The notes: generated by a model not told the origin, from the sequence alone. Positions 1 to 8,101 are shown, counted from the stretch's first letter. The stretch: DNA of 35,503 nucleotides from a virus (IMGVR_UViG_3300014656_000079:1-35503), one strand, 5' to 3'. Translations and numbers: made by a program.

Positions 1-2
1 AA

Positions 3-236
3 CTTCTCAGAGAGCAGAAATCTCTTAAAGAATATGGCAGGGATAAACACCGTTGGTATACGTTATTTAAACGGGTTGTAAAACTAATGGATATTTTTGT
101 TGAGTTTACAGATATAACTAATTTTGGGGATGAACCTGCGCTAGACGAAGAAGAGATAAATAATTTAGTTCTTTCTTCTATGAAACAAGTTTATCCGAAG
201 GAGGTTACTATAGTGGATTATGTTGACATCCTATAA
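3..236 (+). CDS. hypothetical phage protein, 5'-truncated
   Basis: Open frame from window start (LLREQKSLKEYGRDKHRWY...VYPKEVTIVDYVDIL*), stop TAA 234-236. Confidence 0.6.
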   Translation, partial: LLREQKSLKEYGRDKHRWYTLFKRVVKLMDIFVEFTDITNFGDEPALDEEEINNLVLSSMKQVYPKEVTIVDYVDIL

Positions 237-358
237 AAAAACACAGCCGCAGGTGGCGTGGTTAGCGTCAGGTTGTCTGGGGTGGGGGATTCGGCCATGC
301 GGCGATTTATTAAGTAGAGATACAACTGCTTGCGGTTTAAAAAAAAAGAGGATTTATA

Positions 359-637
359 ATGGCTTATTTTTCAAATAGTTCAGAAGGAGAAAGCTTCAAA
401 GAAAGCTATTGTTATTCTTGCGTTCACTGGAATGATAAAGATGATGGCCGGGGTTTCGGATGTCCTGTGATGGATGTACATATTCTTTTTAATTCCGGGC
501 ATCTTGATAATCAGCTTATAAAAAGAATTCTCAATATATTTATTCCAGCGGGGTGCTCTATGTTTATTCACGTTGGAGATAACTGCAGAGTACCTTTTGT
601 ACTCTATGCCGGTAAACGAGGAGAGGAGGCGGAATGA
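359..637 (+). CDS. hypothetical Cys-rich protein
   Basis: ORF with GAGG SD; CYSCVHW...GCPV motif; stop overlaps next ATG (ATGA). Confidence 0.7.
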   Translation: MAYFSNSSEGESFKESYCYSCVHWNDKDDGRGFGCPVMDVHILFNSGHLDNQLIKRILNIFIPAGCSMFIHVGDNCRVPFVLYAGKRGEEAE

Positions 638-870
638 ACCCAAAGAGCGCACGGAAGTTTATAAAAGAATTTATGGAATCAGTTTACGATATGAGGAATA
701 ATCCTCACAAGAAATGGTATACGGAAATTGATGTTGACTTGTTTCTTAAAGACCTCCGCGCCCTTTTGCTTGATGATTGGCCGAAAAAGGAACTCATATT
801 TAGATATGGGGAAATATACAACGAAGGATGTGCTGACTGCAAAAAGCACGTGGAGGAGGTGCTGAAATGA
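634..870 (+). CDS. hypothetical protein
   Basis: GGAGG SD, ATGA coupling at both ends, ends EEVLK*. Confidence 0.7.
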   Translation: MNPKSARKFIKEFMESVYDMRNNPHKKWYTEIDVDLFLKDLRALLLDDWPKKELIFRYGEIYNEGCADCKKHVEEVLK

Positions 871-889
871 ACGCGGAGGAGATACTAAA

Positions 890-1108
890 ATGACAAAGAT
901 AACTCAAAGTTCAATGAACTTTAATTCTGAATGGTGCTGTCCTAACTGCAAAAGCACTGATCTTGCTCATTCTATACATAACGGGGGATATGAATGCACA
1001 AATTGTAATTGGGAAGAAGCAACGGATGAGAATATTTATTCTTGGTTTGCAAGAATGCAATTTCAAGGCGGTACTGAGTTGGTAATAAAGCCGCCACGGA
1101 GGCACTGA
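890..1108 (+). CDS. zinc-ribbon hypothetical protein
   Basis: CPNC...CTNC pairs; SD upstream. Confidence 0.7.
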   Translation: MTKITQSSMNFNSEWCCPNCKSTDLAHSIHNGGYECTNCNWEEATDENIYSWFARMQFQGGTELVIKPPRRH

Positions 1109-1109
1109 A

Positions 1110-1379
1110 ATGAACGTACGAGAAGTTTTGGATCGCTTATGGGAATGTGCACATTCAGGTGGGTTACGAGAGTATAGAAAGGAGCCAGACTTAAATCATG
1201 CCTTCCAAGACCTTGAGAAGTGCTTGCCGACCATAGACGAGATGACAAAGGCATATGAAAAGGCTCGCTGGGAGCAAACGAAGAAAAGTTTTTCCGGCAA
1301 GTCAGTTTACAATACGAAAGAAAGAATGGAAGCAATCCACGACCTCATGGTCAAGAAGGTAAGGGGGGAGGAGAAATGA
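1110..1379 (+). CDS. hypothetical protein, paralog of 1916-2230
   Basis: Shared MNxREV, LExCLPTI, RWEQ and ERMEAIHxLMVKKVR blocks. Confidence 0.75.
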   Translation: MNVREVLDRLWECAHSGGLREYRKEPDLNHAFQDLEKCLPTIDEMTKAYEKARWEQTKKSFSGKSVYNTKERMEAIHDLMVKKVRGEEK

Positions 1380-1894
1380 GCATACATAAGTTTAAAGGGG
1401 GGTCAGTTTTATATACTGGGGATGACATGTACGACATGCTACTGGCAACTGGACGGGGTAATTATGTTAAAAAATGCGATTTTTGTGCGCACCTTGAAAC
1501 AGACAGATGCGATGATTGTTCTTGTATCGATGGTGAGCTATGTTGTTCTTGCCACATTGCGCCCCCGTGCAGTTTTTGTGTTGGAAATGGGTTTGAAGTA
1601 ATCGGAACGTTAATAAATTTCAAGAATTACTCATCAAGGTTAAAACGTGGTTTTGATTGGGAGACCTTTCCTACAAGGAAGATGGCTGTTTTCAACAAGT
1701 ACGCAGAGCTAGAAAATAATGGTTTCGTGTTATCTTCTGAAATCTTAACTACTGGTGAAGTGGCAATATATTTAGATAAAGACAAGGAAGGCAACAATGT
1801 TGCAACGGGAGAAGGATACATAGAAATATGCAGAAAAGTAGAATTTAAAATAGTTGCTGAGAGAATGATACTTGATGCAGTCTTGCAGGGTTAG
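1376..1894 (+). CDS. Cys-rich hypothetical protein
   Basis: CCSCHIAPPCSFC motif; ATGA-coupled to previous gene. Confidence 0.7.
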   Translation: MSIHKFKGGSVLYTGDDMYDMLLATGRGNYVKKCDFCAHLETDRCDDCSCIDGELCCSCHIAPPCSFCVGNGFEVIGTLINFKNYSSRLKRGFDWETFPTRKMAVFNKYAELENNGFVLSSEILTTGEVAIYLDKDKEGNNVATGEGYIEICRKVEFKIVAERMILDAVLQG

Positions 1895-1915
1895 AGGGTT
1901 AATTGGAGGGAAGCT

Positions 1916-2230
1916 ATGAACGCACGTGAGGTTTTTGACAAGTTCTACCGAGAAAGAGGGGAACTGGAGAGCTTAGGTTTAAAAAGCAAAATTGGCTGTA
2001 CTGATATATATGCTCAAGCCCTTCAAGCCCTTGAGCAGTGTTTGCCAACAATTAAAGAACTGCTAAAAGAATACGAAAGAGTACGCTGGGAGCAAGCTAG
2101 CAAAAGATTCAAACCTGGGCATAGGAAAGACGAAGGATTCAGGCATGGTGGAACTATGAACGATTCTAGTGAACGCATGGAAGCAATCCACGCCCTCATG
2201 GTCAAGAAGGTAAGAAGGGAGGAGACATGA
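1916..2230 (+). CDS. hypothetical protein, paralog of 1110-1379
   Basis: Last 54 nt are 50/54 identical to 1326-1379. Confidence 0.75.
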   Translation: MNAREVFDKFYRERGELESLGLKSKIGCTDIYAQALQALEQCLPTIKELLKEYERVRWEQASKRFKPGHRKDEGFRHGGTMNDSSERMEAIHALMVKKVRREET

Positions 2231-2403
2231 AATATTATTACCTAAAAAAAGGCGATATTATACAAGACGGAGATGAAGTTGATATGTGTAGAGATGGATG
2301 GAGAGATGAACCAATCTGGGTTAAGGCAACAAGAGTCGGAGAAAAAGCACCAGACCCACGATATCCTTCACATCGCATATATAGAAGGCTAATGAAAGCA
2401 TAA
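2227..2403 (+). CDS. small hypothetical protein (58 aa)
   Basis: Read manually: MKYYYLKKGDIIQDGDEVD...YRRLMKA*; GGAGGAG SD, ATGA coupling. Confidence 0.65.
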   Translation: MKYYYLKKGDIIQDGDEVDMCRDGWRDEPIWVKATRVGEKAPDPRYPSHRIYRRLMKA

Positions 2404-2436
2404 AAATGGTTTTGCAAAATGGGGAGGAGAGGGGAA

Positions 2437-2652
2437 ATGAACCTAATAGACATAGTTTATATGCCACCTTACTCTAAATGGGGAGACCCTGGGGTTTGTG
2501 TAAAGCATGCCTCTTTAGGTTGTTTGATTTGCAGAAGAAAGGAAGCTAAAGAGAGGAAGTTAAATAGAGCTTCTCCAAGATGGGTGGAAGTAAACAAACA
2601 ACTAGCAAAATTAGAGCGTGAAAAATCACATCTGGAGGATATTCTGGAATGA
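2437..2652 (+). CDS. hypothetical protein
   Basis: SD-preceded ATG at 2437 (MNLIDIV...), CxxH..CxxC plus coiled-coil end. Confidence 0.6.
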   Translation: MNLIDIVYMPPYSKWGDPGVCVKHASLGCLICRRKEAKERKLNRASPRWVEVNKQLAKLEREKSHLEDILE

Positions 2653-2674
2653 ACGCGGTGGAAGAGGTGTTGAA

Positions 2675-3490
2675 ATGAAGATAGCGCGTGTATTCCCTAC
2701 AAAAACTTCGATGAGTCCGACAGGCGAAGGTATTTACTTTGGATGCTTTCCATGGTGGGTTGAGAAATATGAATATGACGAAATTCATATTTCTGTTACC
2801 TTTACGTGGGATATAGAAAGAGCCTATGAATGGAAAGAAGCATGGGAACTAAAGCATGATAACGTAAAGATAGGCGGCCCAGCAATAGACGGAGAATCCA
2901 GGGAACCATTTATTGCTGGTATGTATTTAAAAAAAGGGGTTACAATTACCTCTCGTGGATGCCCCAATGATTGCGAATTTTGCTTAGTTAAGCAGGACTT
3001 AAAAGAACTTGATGATTTCCCAGCAGGGAATATTGTGCAGGATAATAATATCCTTGCTTGCTCTTGGGAACATTTAAGAAAAGTTTCACAAATGCTCAAA
3101 ACACAAAGAGAGATTGAGTTCAAAGGTGGTTTACAATCAGCACTTATTACGCCTAATGTTGTTGATTGGTTGAGATCGTTAAGGATTAAAACATTATGGT
3201 TGGCTTGTGATTCTCATAATGCGCTACCCTCTTTAGCCAGGGCAGTATCTTTATTGTCAACTGGAGGTTTTAACAGGAATAAAATCTACTGTTATGTTTT
3301 AATCGGCAAAGATATTGCTGAAGAAACGGAACGATTATACGAAGTTTTGAGAATTGGGTGCATGCCATTTGCGCAGCTATATCAACCCTCAACTAGCAAG
3401 ATATATGACAAAGAGTGGGAAAGATTTCAGCGTGAGTGGGCAAGGCCAGCAATTATCCGTACAAAGATTAAAAAGGAGGTGCTGGAATGA
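2675..3490 (+). CDS. radical SAM domain protein
   Basis: TSRGCPNDCEFC (CxxxCxxC), upstream IGGP and downstream DNN motifs; SD supports ATG 2675 rather than 2618. Confidence 0.85.
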   Translation: MKIARVFPTKTSMSPTGEGIYFGCFPWWVEKYEYDEIHISVTFTWDIERAYEWKEAWELKHDNVKIGGPAIDGESREPFIAGMYLKKGVTITSRGCPNDCEFCLVKQDLKELDDFPAGNIVQDNNILACSWEHLRKVSQMLKTQREIEFKGGLQSALITPNVVDWLRSLRIKTLWLACDSHNALPSLARAVSLLSTGGFNRNKIYCYVLIGKDIAEETERLYEVLRIGCMPFAQLYQPSTSKIYDKEWERFQREWARPAIIRTKIKKEVLE

Positions 3491-3894
3491 ACATTGAGAC
3501 TCAGGTAGTTAGTTTAGAACTCGCAAAAGAGTTGAAGGAGAACGGGTATCCGCAGGAGGGTGTTTGGTGGTGGCAAATATACAATGATAATAGCTGGCAT
3601 TTAAAACTTGGGCAGTGTGCCACTGCTGCTGAGGCTGTATTAAATATTAGAAACCAATGGTGTACTGCCCCCACAGTTGCGGAGCTTGGGGAGAGATTGC
3701 CCTTTGGGATTGTATCAGGGAAAACGAGAGAGAGGTATGCTTGCAGCTTACATTTTGGAACGCCTTTTCCATGTGGTTTAAACAATCGAGATTTATGGAC
3801 TATTACTAGGACAAATACAGAGGCAAACGCCAGAGCTAAAATGTGGCTTTACCTCAAGAAAAACGGGTTATTGAAGGAGGCGCAGGATGAATAA
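3487..3894 (+). CDS. phage hypothetical protein
   Basis: VVSLELAKELKE...APTVAELGERLP...EANARAKM; junction motifs at both ends. Confidence 0.75.
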   Translation: MNIETQVVSLELAKELKENGYPQEGVWWWQIYNDNSWHLKLGQCATAAEAVLNIRNQWCTAPTVAELGERLPFGIVSGKTRERYACSLHFGTPFPCGLNNRDLWTITRTNTEANARAKMWLYLKKNGLLKEAQDE

Positions 3895-4102
3895 ATTGTG
3901 GGGATATTTACATACTAACAGAGGCGGGATGATATGTATAGTCCCTAACGAGTTAAGAGATGCAATAAATACGGAACTTGACAAGGCATTTAAAGTTACC
4001 CCAGAAGCAGAAAAAGGTAGGGAATATTTTTATAATGAGCTTTTAAAGTATTACGATGAGAATGGCTATATTCCAGACTTTTCATTAACCCCAAAAAAAT
4101 AA
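3887..4102 (+). CDS. hypothetical protein
   Basis: Starts within GGAGGCGCAGGATGA junction. Confidence 0.65.
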   Translation: MNKLWGYLHTNRGGMICIVPNELRDAINTELDKAFKVTPEAEKGREYFYNELLKYYDENGYIPDFSLTPKK

Positions 4103-4136
4103 GGAGGAGGGATGAACAGGGGACAGGAGGCGCAGG

Positions 4137-4379
4137 ATGAGAATACGACTAAAGGATAGAAAAGGGTTTTTTAAAAATGAAAGCATTGAAGAGTGGAAAA
4201 AGGAGATTTACGTTGCAGTGCAAACTGGATGTTTTATACATACCTTTATGTACTGTGACGAAAACATGAACCACTTTACTAAAAACAATCACGAGAAAGT
4301 TAAATTTGTTTACACAGGGAGAACACCGAAAGGAACATTGCTATATGAGGAGGCTCAGGATGAAAGTAAAATGCAATAA
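4137..4379 (+). CDS. hypothetical protein
   Basis: Starts in one junction repeat and runs through the next (EAQDE). Confidence 0.65.
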   Translation: MRIRLKDRKGFFKNESIEEWKKEIYVAVQTGCFIHTFMYCDENMNHFTKNNHEKVKFVYTGRTPKGTLLYEEAQDESKMQ

Positions 4380-4551
4380 ATGTAATTTTATCGGGGAAGA
4401 AACAGAATTTAGAAAGAGGCGGGATTTCTTTCAATTTTCTTACATTTCTGGTTGCCCAGAATGTGATAATTCTCAAAGCGCAGGCAACGCTTCAATGAGA
4501 ATGCTTGGAGAAAAAAGACCATTTGAGTATATTAAGGAGGAGGAAGCATGA
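4360..4551 (+). CDS. zinc-ribbon hypothetical protein
   Basis: MKVKCNKC...CPEC; ATG 4360 lies in junction repeat. Confidence 0.65.
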   Translation: MKVKCNKCNFIGEETEFRKRRDFFQFSYISGCPECDNSQSAGNASMRMLGEKRPFEYIKEEEA

Positions 4552-4685
4552 GAACATATCCCATAATTTGTCCTAGTTGTAATGGTACAGGAAGGGTGTT
4601 GGAAATAGGAATATCAACAAACACTTCAAAACAATGCCCAGCCTGTAGAGGGACTGGTTGTGTAACGTGTATAGAAAGCAATTGA
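4548..4685 (+). CDS. small DnaJ-type zinc-finger protein (45 aa)
   Basis: Read manually: CPSCNGTG...CPACRGTG (two CxxCxGxG). Confidence 0.7.
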   Translation: MRTYPIICPSCNGTGRVLEIGISTNTSKQCPACRGTGCVTCIESN

Positions 4686-4697
4686 AGGAGGCTCAGG

Positions 4698-5042
4698 ATG
4701 ACTGAACTTGGAGATACGCATTTAAAAGACTGCATGTGCGGTCAGTGTAGACCGGAACTGCATAAGGGGGGGTTAATGAAAGAAAAGTGTGAAGAGAAAA
4801 GTATATTTTTAACTTCTGTTGTTAGTATTTTGCCGTGGCAAAGGTCTTTTTCGAACGAGTACAAAATTTTAAAGGTAGACCGAGAAACGAAAAGAGATAA
4901 AGCATGTCTTACGATTGAAGTGCCGGATACTCTAGCTGATGGGATTATAAAAAATATGCAAGGTTCGTTTTTTGTGCCTATTAGAGGGCTAACTCTTCAT
5001 TGGGTTGAATGTAAGAAGGAGGCTCAGGATGAACAGGGATGA
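4698..5042 (+). CDS. hypothetical protein
   Basis: Bounded by two junction repeats; ends KEAQDEQG*. Confidence 0.65.
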   Translation: MTELGDTHLKDCMCGQCRPELHKGGLMKEKCEEKSIFLTSVVSILPWQRSFSNEYKILKVDRETKRDKACLTIEVPDTLADGIIKNMQGSFFVPIRGLTLHWVECKKEAQDEQG

Positions 5043-5086
5043 AGTAAAAGAACTAATCCAAGAAGTGTTAGAGAAACATTATCATT

Positions 5087-5140
5087 GTGAACATTGAGAA
5101 TCAGGTAGTTAGTTTAGAACTCGCAAAAGAGTTGAAGGAG
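5087..5140 (+). repeat. 54-bp copy of the 5' end of gene 3487 (gene remnant)
   Basis: 52/54 identical to 3487-3540. Confidence 0.9.
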
Positions 5141-5147
5141 GAGTGAC

Positions 5148-5270
5148 ATGGAGATGTGTGAAAAATGTGGGTTTGTAAAGGATAACGTTTGCTTCGTCCA
5201 TGGAGCCTGGTGCGCTCAATGTATGGGGGATAAATGTCTAAAAGGTGAACAGGAGGTTCGGGATGAATAA
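5148..5270 (+). CDS. small zinc-finger protein (40 aa)
   Basis: Read manually: MEMCEKC...WCAQC...EVRDE*; AAGGAGGAG SD. Confidence 0.5.
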   Translation: MEMCEKCGFVKDNVCFVHGAWCAQCMGDKCLKGEQEVRDE

Positions 5271-5472
5271 AGATAGAATGCTTGAAGTCTTAAATATGTT
5301 AATTTATGACTGCGAAAAAGACGTTGACGATTTTGACGGTCGTGAATTTAATGGCAAAACACTTGGTGAATTACACGGAATAATTGAAGCAAAAATACAA
5401 GCACTTGCAAAGATTATTAAAGAAATGCTAACCAGGGCTAGGTTGAAGGAGGCTCAGGATGAACAGGAATGA
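5263..5472 (+). CDS. hypothetical protein
   Basis: ATG in degenerate junction repeat; ends KEAQDEQE*. Confidence 0.65.
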   Translation: MNKDRMLEVLNMLIYDCEKDVDDFDGREFNGKTLGELHGIIEAKIQALAKIIKEMLTRARLKEAQDEQE

Positions 5473-5767
5473 GAAATTGAGAAAGATTATTTGCAATATG
5501 CAAAAAGGATGCTTGTTTAAAGAGGATTGTCATATAGATAATTTGGTTTATACTCATTCAAAATATTGCAAATACCTTATAGAAGAAATCAATAGCCTTT
5601 TCCGGTTGGATGAGGGCAAGATTGAGAAAACAATTAAGGAAACAGTACTGACTGCCTATGAAATAACAACTAATAGAGATCGAAATGTTCATTTTCTATC
5701 AGGAAGCTATGCCCCTAGTAAGCTAGCAGAAGCAATCTGCCAGGCAGACATCTGGGCGGAGGCGTAG
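5459..5767 (+). CDS. hypothetical protein
   Basis: Bounded by junction repeats. Confidence 0.65.
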   Translation: MNRNEKLRKIICNMQKGCLFKEDCHIDNLVYTHSKYCKYLIEEINSLFRLDEGKIEKTIKETVLTAYEITTNRDRNVHFLSGSYAPSKLAEAICQADIWAEA

Positions 5768-5996
5768 GATGGGCTATGGATCTATTGTACTTTTGAAAGG
5801 AGTTATATAATGACGAAATTTGAGATAGTTCAAAGTATATTTAATATTGGAGTTTTGATTTGGTTATATGTACATTATTGTATGATTGAGATGATTGAAA
5901 AGAGGAATATTGAAGTATTAACAAAGGTGTATATGAAAATAGATGATATTAAAAGAAATATTGAAGGTTAAAGGGGTGATAAGAGGAGTAGACATA

Positions 5997-6248
5997 ATGG
6001 CGAAAGATAAATGGTATATAGGTCATTGTCAAAAGTGTGGAATGTTTGGCATTCAAGTAAAAGACATACAGGTTATGGCTTGGGATTATTGGAGGAGTGA
6101 TGCAGTGTGGTGTGCTAGTTGCATAGAAAGTAATGATAAAGGTGTAGCAAAGGAAGAAATGGTTATTAAACTGCTTAGTTTAGGCACTGGGATAGTATTG
6201 TTAGGTTTAATGGTAATATTTAGCATGGGGAAGTTTTTGATGAGGTAG
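5997..6248 (+). CDS. zinc-finger protein with C-terminal TM helix
   Basis: CQKC...CASC; hydrophobic C-terminus; GAGGAG SD before 5997. Confidence 0.6.
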   Translation: MAKDKWYIGHCQKCGMFGIQVKDIQVMAWDYWRSDAVWCASCIESNDKGVAKEEMVIKLLSLGTGIVLLGLMVIFSMGKFLMR

Positions 6249-6254
6249 AAGATT

Positions 6255-6503
6255 ATGAAGAAGAGATATATTATAGCGATTTTGGAGGTTACTGGAGATC
6301 CTGATGACGGCATGCAACCGGTGAAGACGGGGTGTGTTGATGGCAGGGGAGTGAAGGATGTGGCTATTTTAAATATTAATCGATGTGTGAATTTAAGTTA
6401 TGATTTAATGGTTTTTTTTAATAATACATTAAATAAGTGGAATAGTTTAGAGGAACGGGAGCTGCTTGAGTTAGTGAATAAGGTAGAGTTGGAGATTGAT
6501 TAA
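6255..6503 (+). CDS. hypothetical protein
   Basis: ORF in tight operon. Confidence 0.55.
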   Translation: MKKRYIIAILEVTGDPDDGMQPVKTGCVDGRGVKDVAILNINRCVNLSYDLMVFFNNTLNKWNSLEERELLELVNKVELEID

Positions 6504-6528
6504 AAGAGGGATTGATATAGGAGGTTAT

Positions 6529-7050
6529 ATGAATTCTGGATTTTACTGGCATGTACATCATGATAAGCTTATGGAATGGTGTTTTGATTATAAAAGACGT
6601 GTTGAATATATAAAAAGTAATAAACCTGATAATGAAATTAACATTAGATTAAGATTATTACAACCTGTAAAAGATATTGGTATTTTAGAAGAATTAGAGA
6701 TTGAGATACAATTAGCTATTAATGCTGCGCGTAATAGAGAAATTAGTGAAGATAATTTAAACAAAAGAAGAGAGGGGTTAGATGCTGAACATTCAAGATT
6801 ATTTGATATAAATAATGTAAAGGGGGCAGCTTTTAATTTAAAAGATATGATTATATCTAAAGAAATGAAAGATATACGTAAAGAGAAGAGTAAGTTACTT
6901 AATTTAGTAATGGATAATATGAAGAAAGTAAGAGAAGCAAGTATAAGGTATTATAATATTTTGAATAATTATAAAGATATTATTAAAGAATTACATAATA
7001 GAGAGTGTACTTATTGTGTATGGAACGGTAAAGAGTTAGCATTTATTTAA
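6529..7050 (+). CDS. hypothetical protein with helical middle and metal-binding termini
   Basis: WHVHH...RLRL N-terminus, LHxxECxxCxWNG C-terminus; GGAGG SD before 6529. Confidence 0.7.
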   Translation: MNSGFYWHVHHDKLMEWCFDYKRRVEYIKSNKPDNEINIRLRLLQPVKDIGILEELEIEIQLAINAARNREISEDNLNKRREGLDAEHSRLFDINNVKGAAFNLKDMIISKEMKDIRKEKSKLLNLVMDNMKKVREASIRYYNILNNYKDIIKELHNRECTYCVWNGKELAFI

Positions 7051-7098
7051 GTTATGTGAAACACATTTAAATTTATGTGGTGAAGATTGGGAGGACTT

Positions 7099-7257
7099 AT
7101 GAAATGTGAATGTAGAGATTGGGAGGAGAACATTAACGAGTTAAATGCTGGGACTGTTATGAAGGCATTGCATGGTTGGGGTGGTTATTCTGGTAAGAAG
7201 TTTGTGTATTGTCCGTGGTGCGGGAATAAGTTAGAGGCTGATGTTGTACAAAGATAG
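7099..7257 (+). CDS. small zinc-finger protein (52 aa)
   Basis: Read manually: MKCECRDW...FVYCPWCGNKL; GGAGG SD. Confidence 0.6.
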   Translation: MKCECRDWEENINELNAGTVMKALHGWGGYSGKKFVYCPWCGNKLEADVVQR

Positions 7258-7517
7258 GGGGGGGTGGCATGAAAGACATACTTGTTAAAGATAGAAATTA
7301 TGTTATTGATGACAAGGTTTTGGGGAGGATGAATGAGTCTGAGGTGAGGGAGTTTTTGTTTTTGCTTAGTTTTGTTGACAGAATATGTTCTTTTTTCTTT
7401 TATATATTGGTTATCTTATTTTGTATATTGGTTATGTGAGATGAACTGGGATTATGCCAATAATTTAATTAATGATATTGAGAGAAGGAAGAAGGATAAA
7501 AAGGAGAAGAAGGAGTG

Positions 7518-7652
7518 ATGAACGAAGAAAATAAAATAACTATTCTAGTGTTTATAATTATTATATTAGCTTGTATATTAGGGGTTTTACTTGCAGATTT
7601 AATCACTGTATCAATGAGTTTTCCAGATGGCATAAGTCATTTGAGTGGATAA
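7518..7652 (+). CDS. small membrane protein, apparently frameshifted paralog of 7739-8101
   Basis: TM helix; 7621-7650 matches 7842-7872 with one deletion and one mismatch. Confidence 0.5.
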   Translation: MNEENKITILVFIIIILACILGVLLADLITVSMSFPDGISHLSG

Positions 7653-7738
7653 GTAAACCGGAGATATCCTAGCGCGTATTTGAGATTTATGTTTTTATCT
7701 TTGAAAAATGGATTACAAAAAAGATATAAGGAGGAGGG

Positions 7739-8101
7739 ATGATGAATAAAGATATTAAAACAGGGGTAAAGGGAGTAGGACTTTTGGTTTGTTATATTCT
7801 TTGTTGGGCTGTTATAACTATAAACGTGAACTCTATTCAACTTCCAGACTGGCACAAGTCATTTGAGTGGATGGAGCATATTTATGTAGTAAGGGAGAGT
7901 GTTATTGAGCAAGATGAGGTGAAGACAACTGAGCAGGTATTGGAGGAAGTTACGGAGCAGATGAAGGCTTTGGAAGAGGGTATTAAAGAGGTAAAGGTAG
8001 TGAGTGAGCGGTTATTGGAATCTTCTTTGATATTAGAGCAGGAGGCTTTGGAATGTCGTGAGGAGGTGAGAGAGGTTTTAATGGAGGTACGGGAATTATG
8101 A
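7739..8101 (+). CDS. membrane-anchored coiled-coil protein
   Basis: N-terminal hydrophobic helix, acidic heptad-rich C-terminus. Confidence 0.65.
   Translation: MMNKDIKTGVKGVGLLVCYILCWAVITINVNSIQLPDWHKSFEWMEHIYVVRESVIEQDEVKTTEQVLEEVTEQMKALEEGIKEVKVVSERLLESSLILEQEALECREEVREVLMEVREL

Larger units (their letters stand above)
855..3492 (+). repeat. dispersed gene-junction repeat family J1 (GGAGGTGCTGRAATGAAC-like)
   Basis: Copies at 855, 878, 1098, 2634, 2663, 3475 (looser at 625); each is SD + spacer + overlapping ATGA. Confidence 0.75.
3876..5772 (+). repeat. dispersed gene-junction repeat family J2 (GGAGGCKCAGGATGA)
   Basis: Consensus-matching copies at 3876, 4126, 4349, 4687, 5018, 5448; degenerate at 5252, 5758; outlier at 12134. 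Confidence 0.9.

Noticed and set aside
1326-5140. 54-bp repeat pairs as DGR template/variable repeats
   Set aside because: Mismatches are not confined to adenines of one copy and no reverse transcriptase is present.
3876-5772. J2 repeats as CRISPR repeats or integron attC sites
   Set aside because: Spacing is irregular (about 200-340 bp), repeats are non-palindromic and lack RYYYAAC/GTTRRRY boxes; no IntI in the window.
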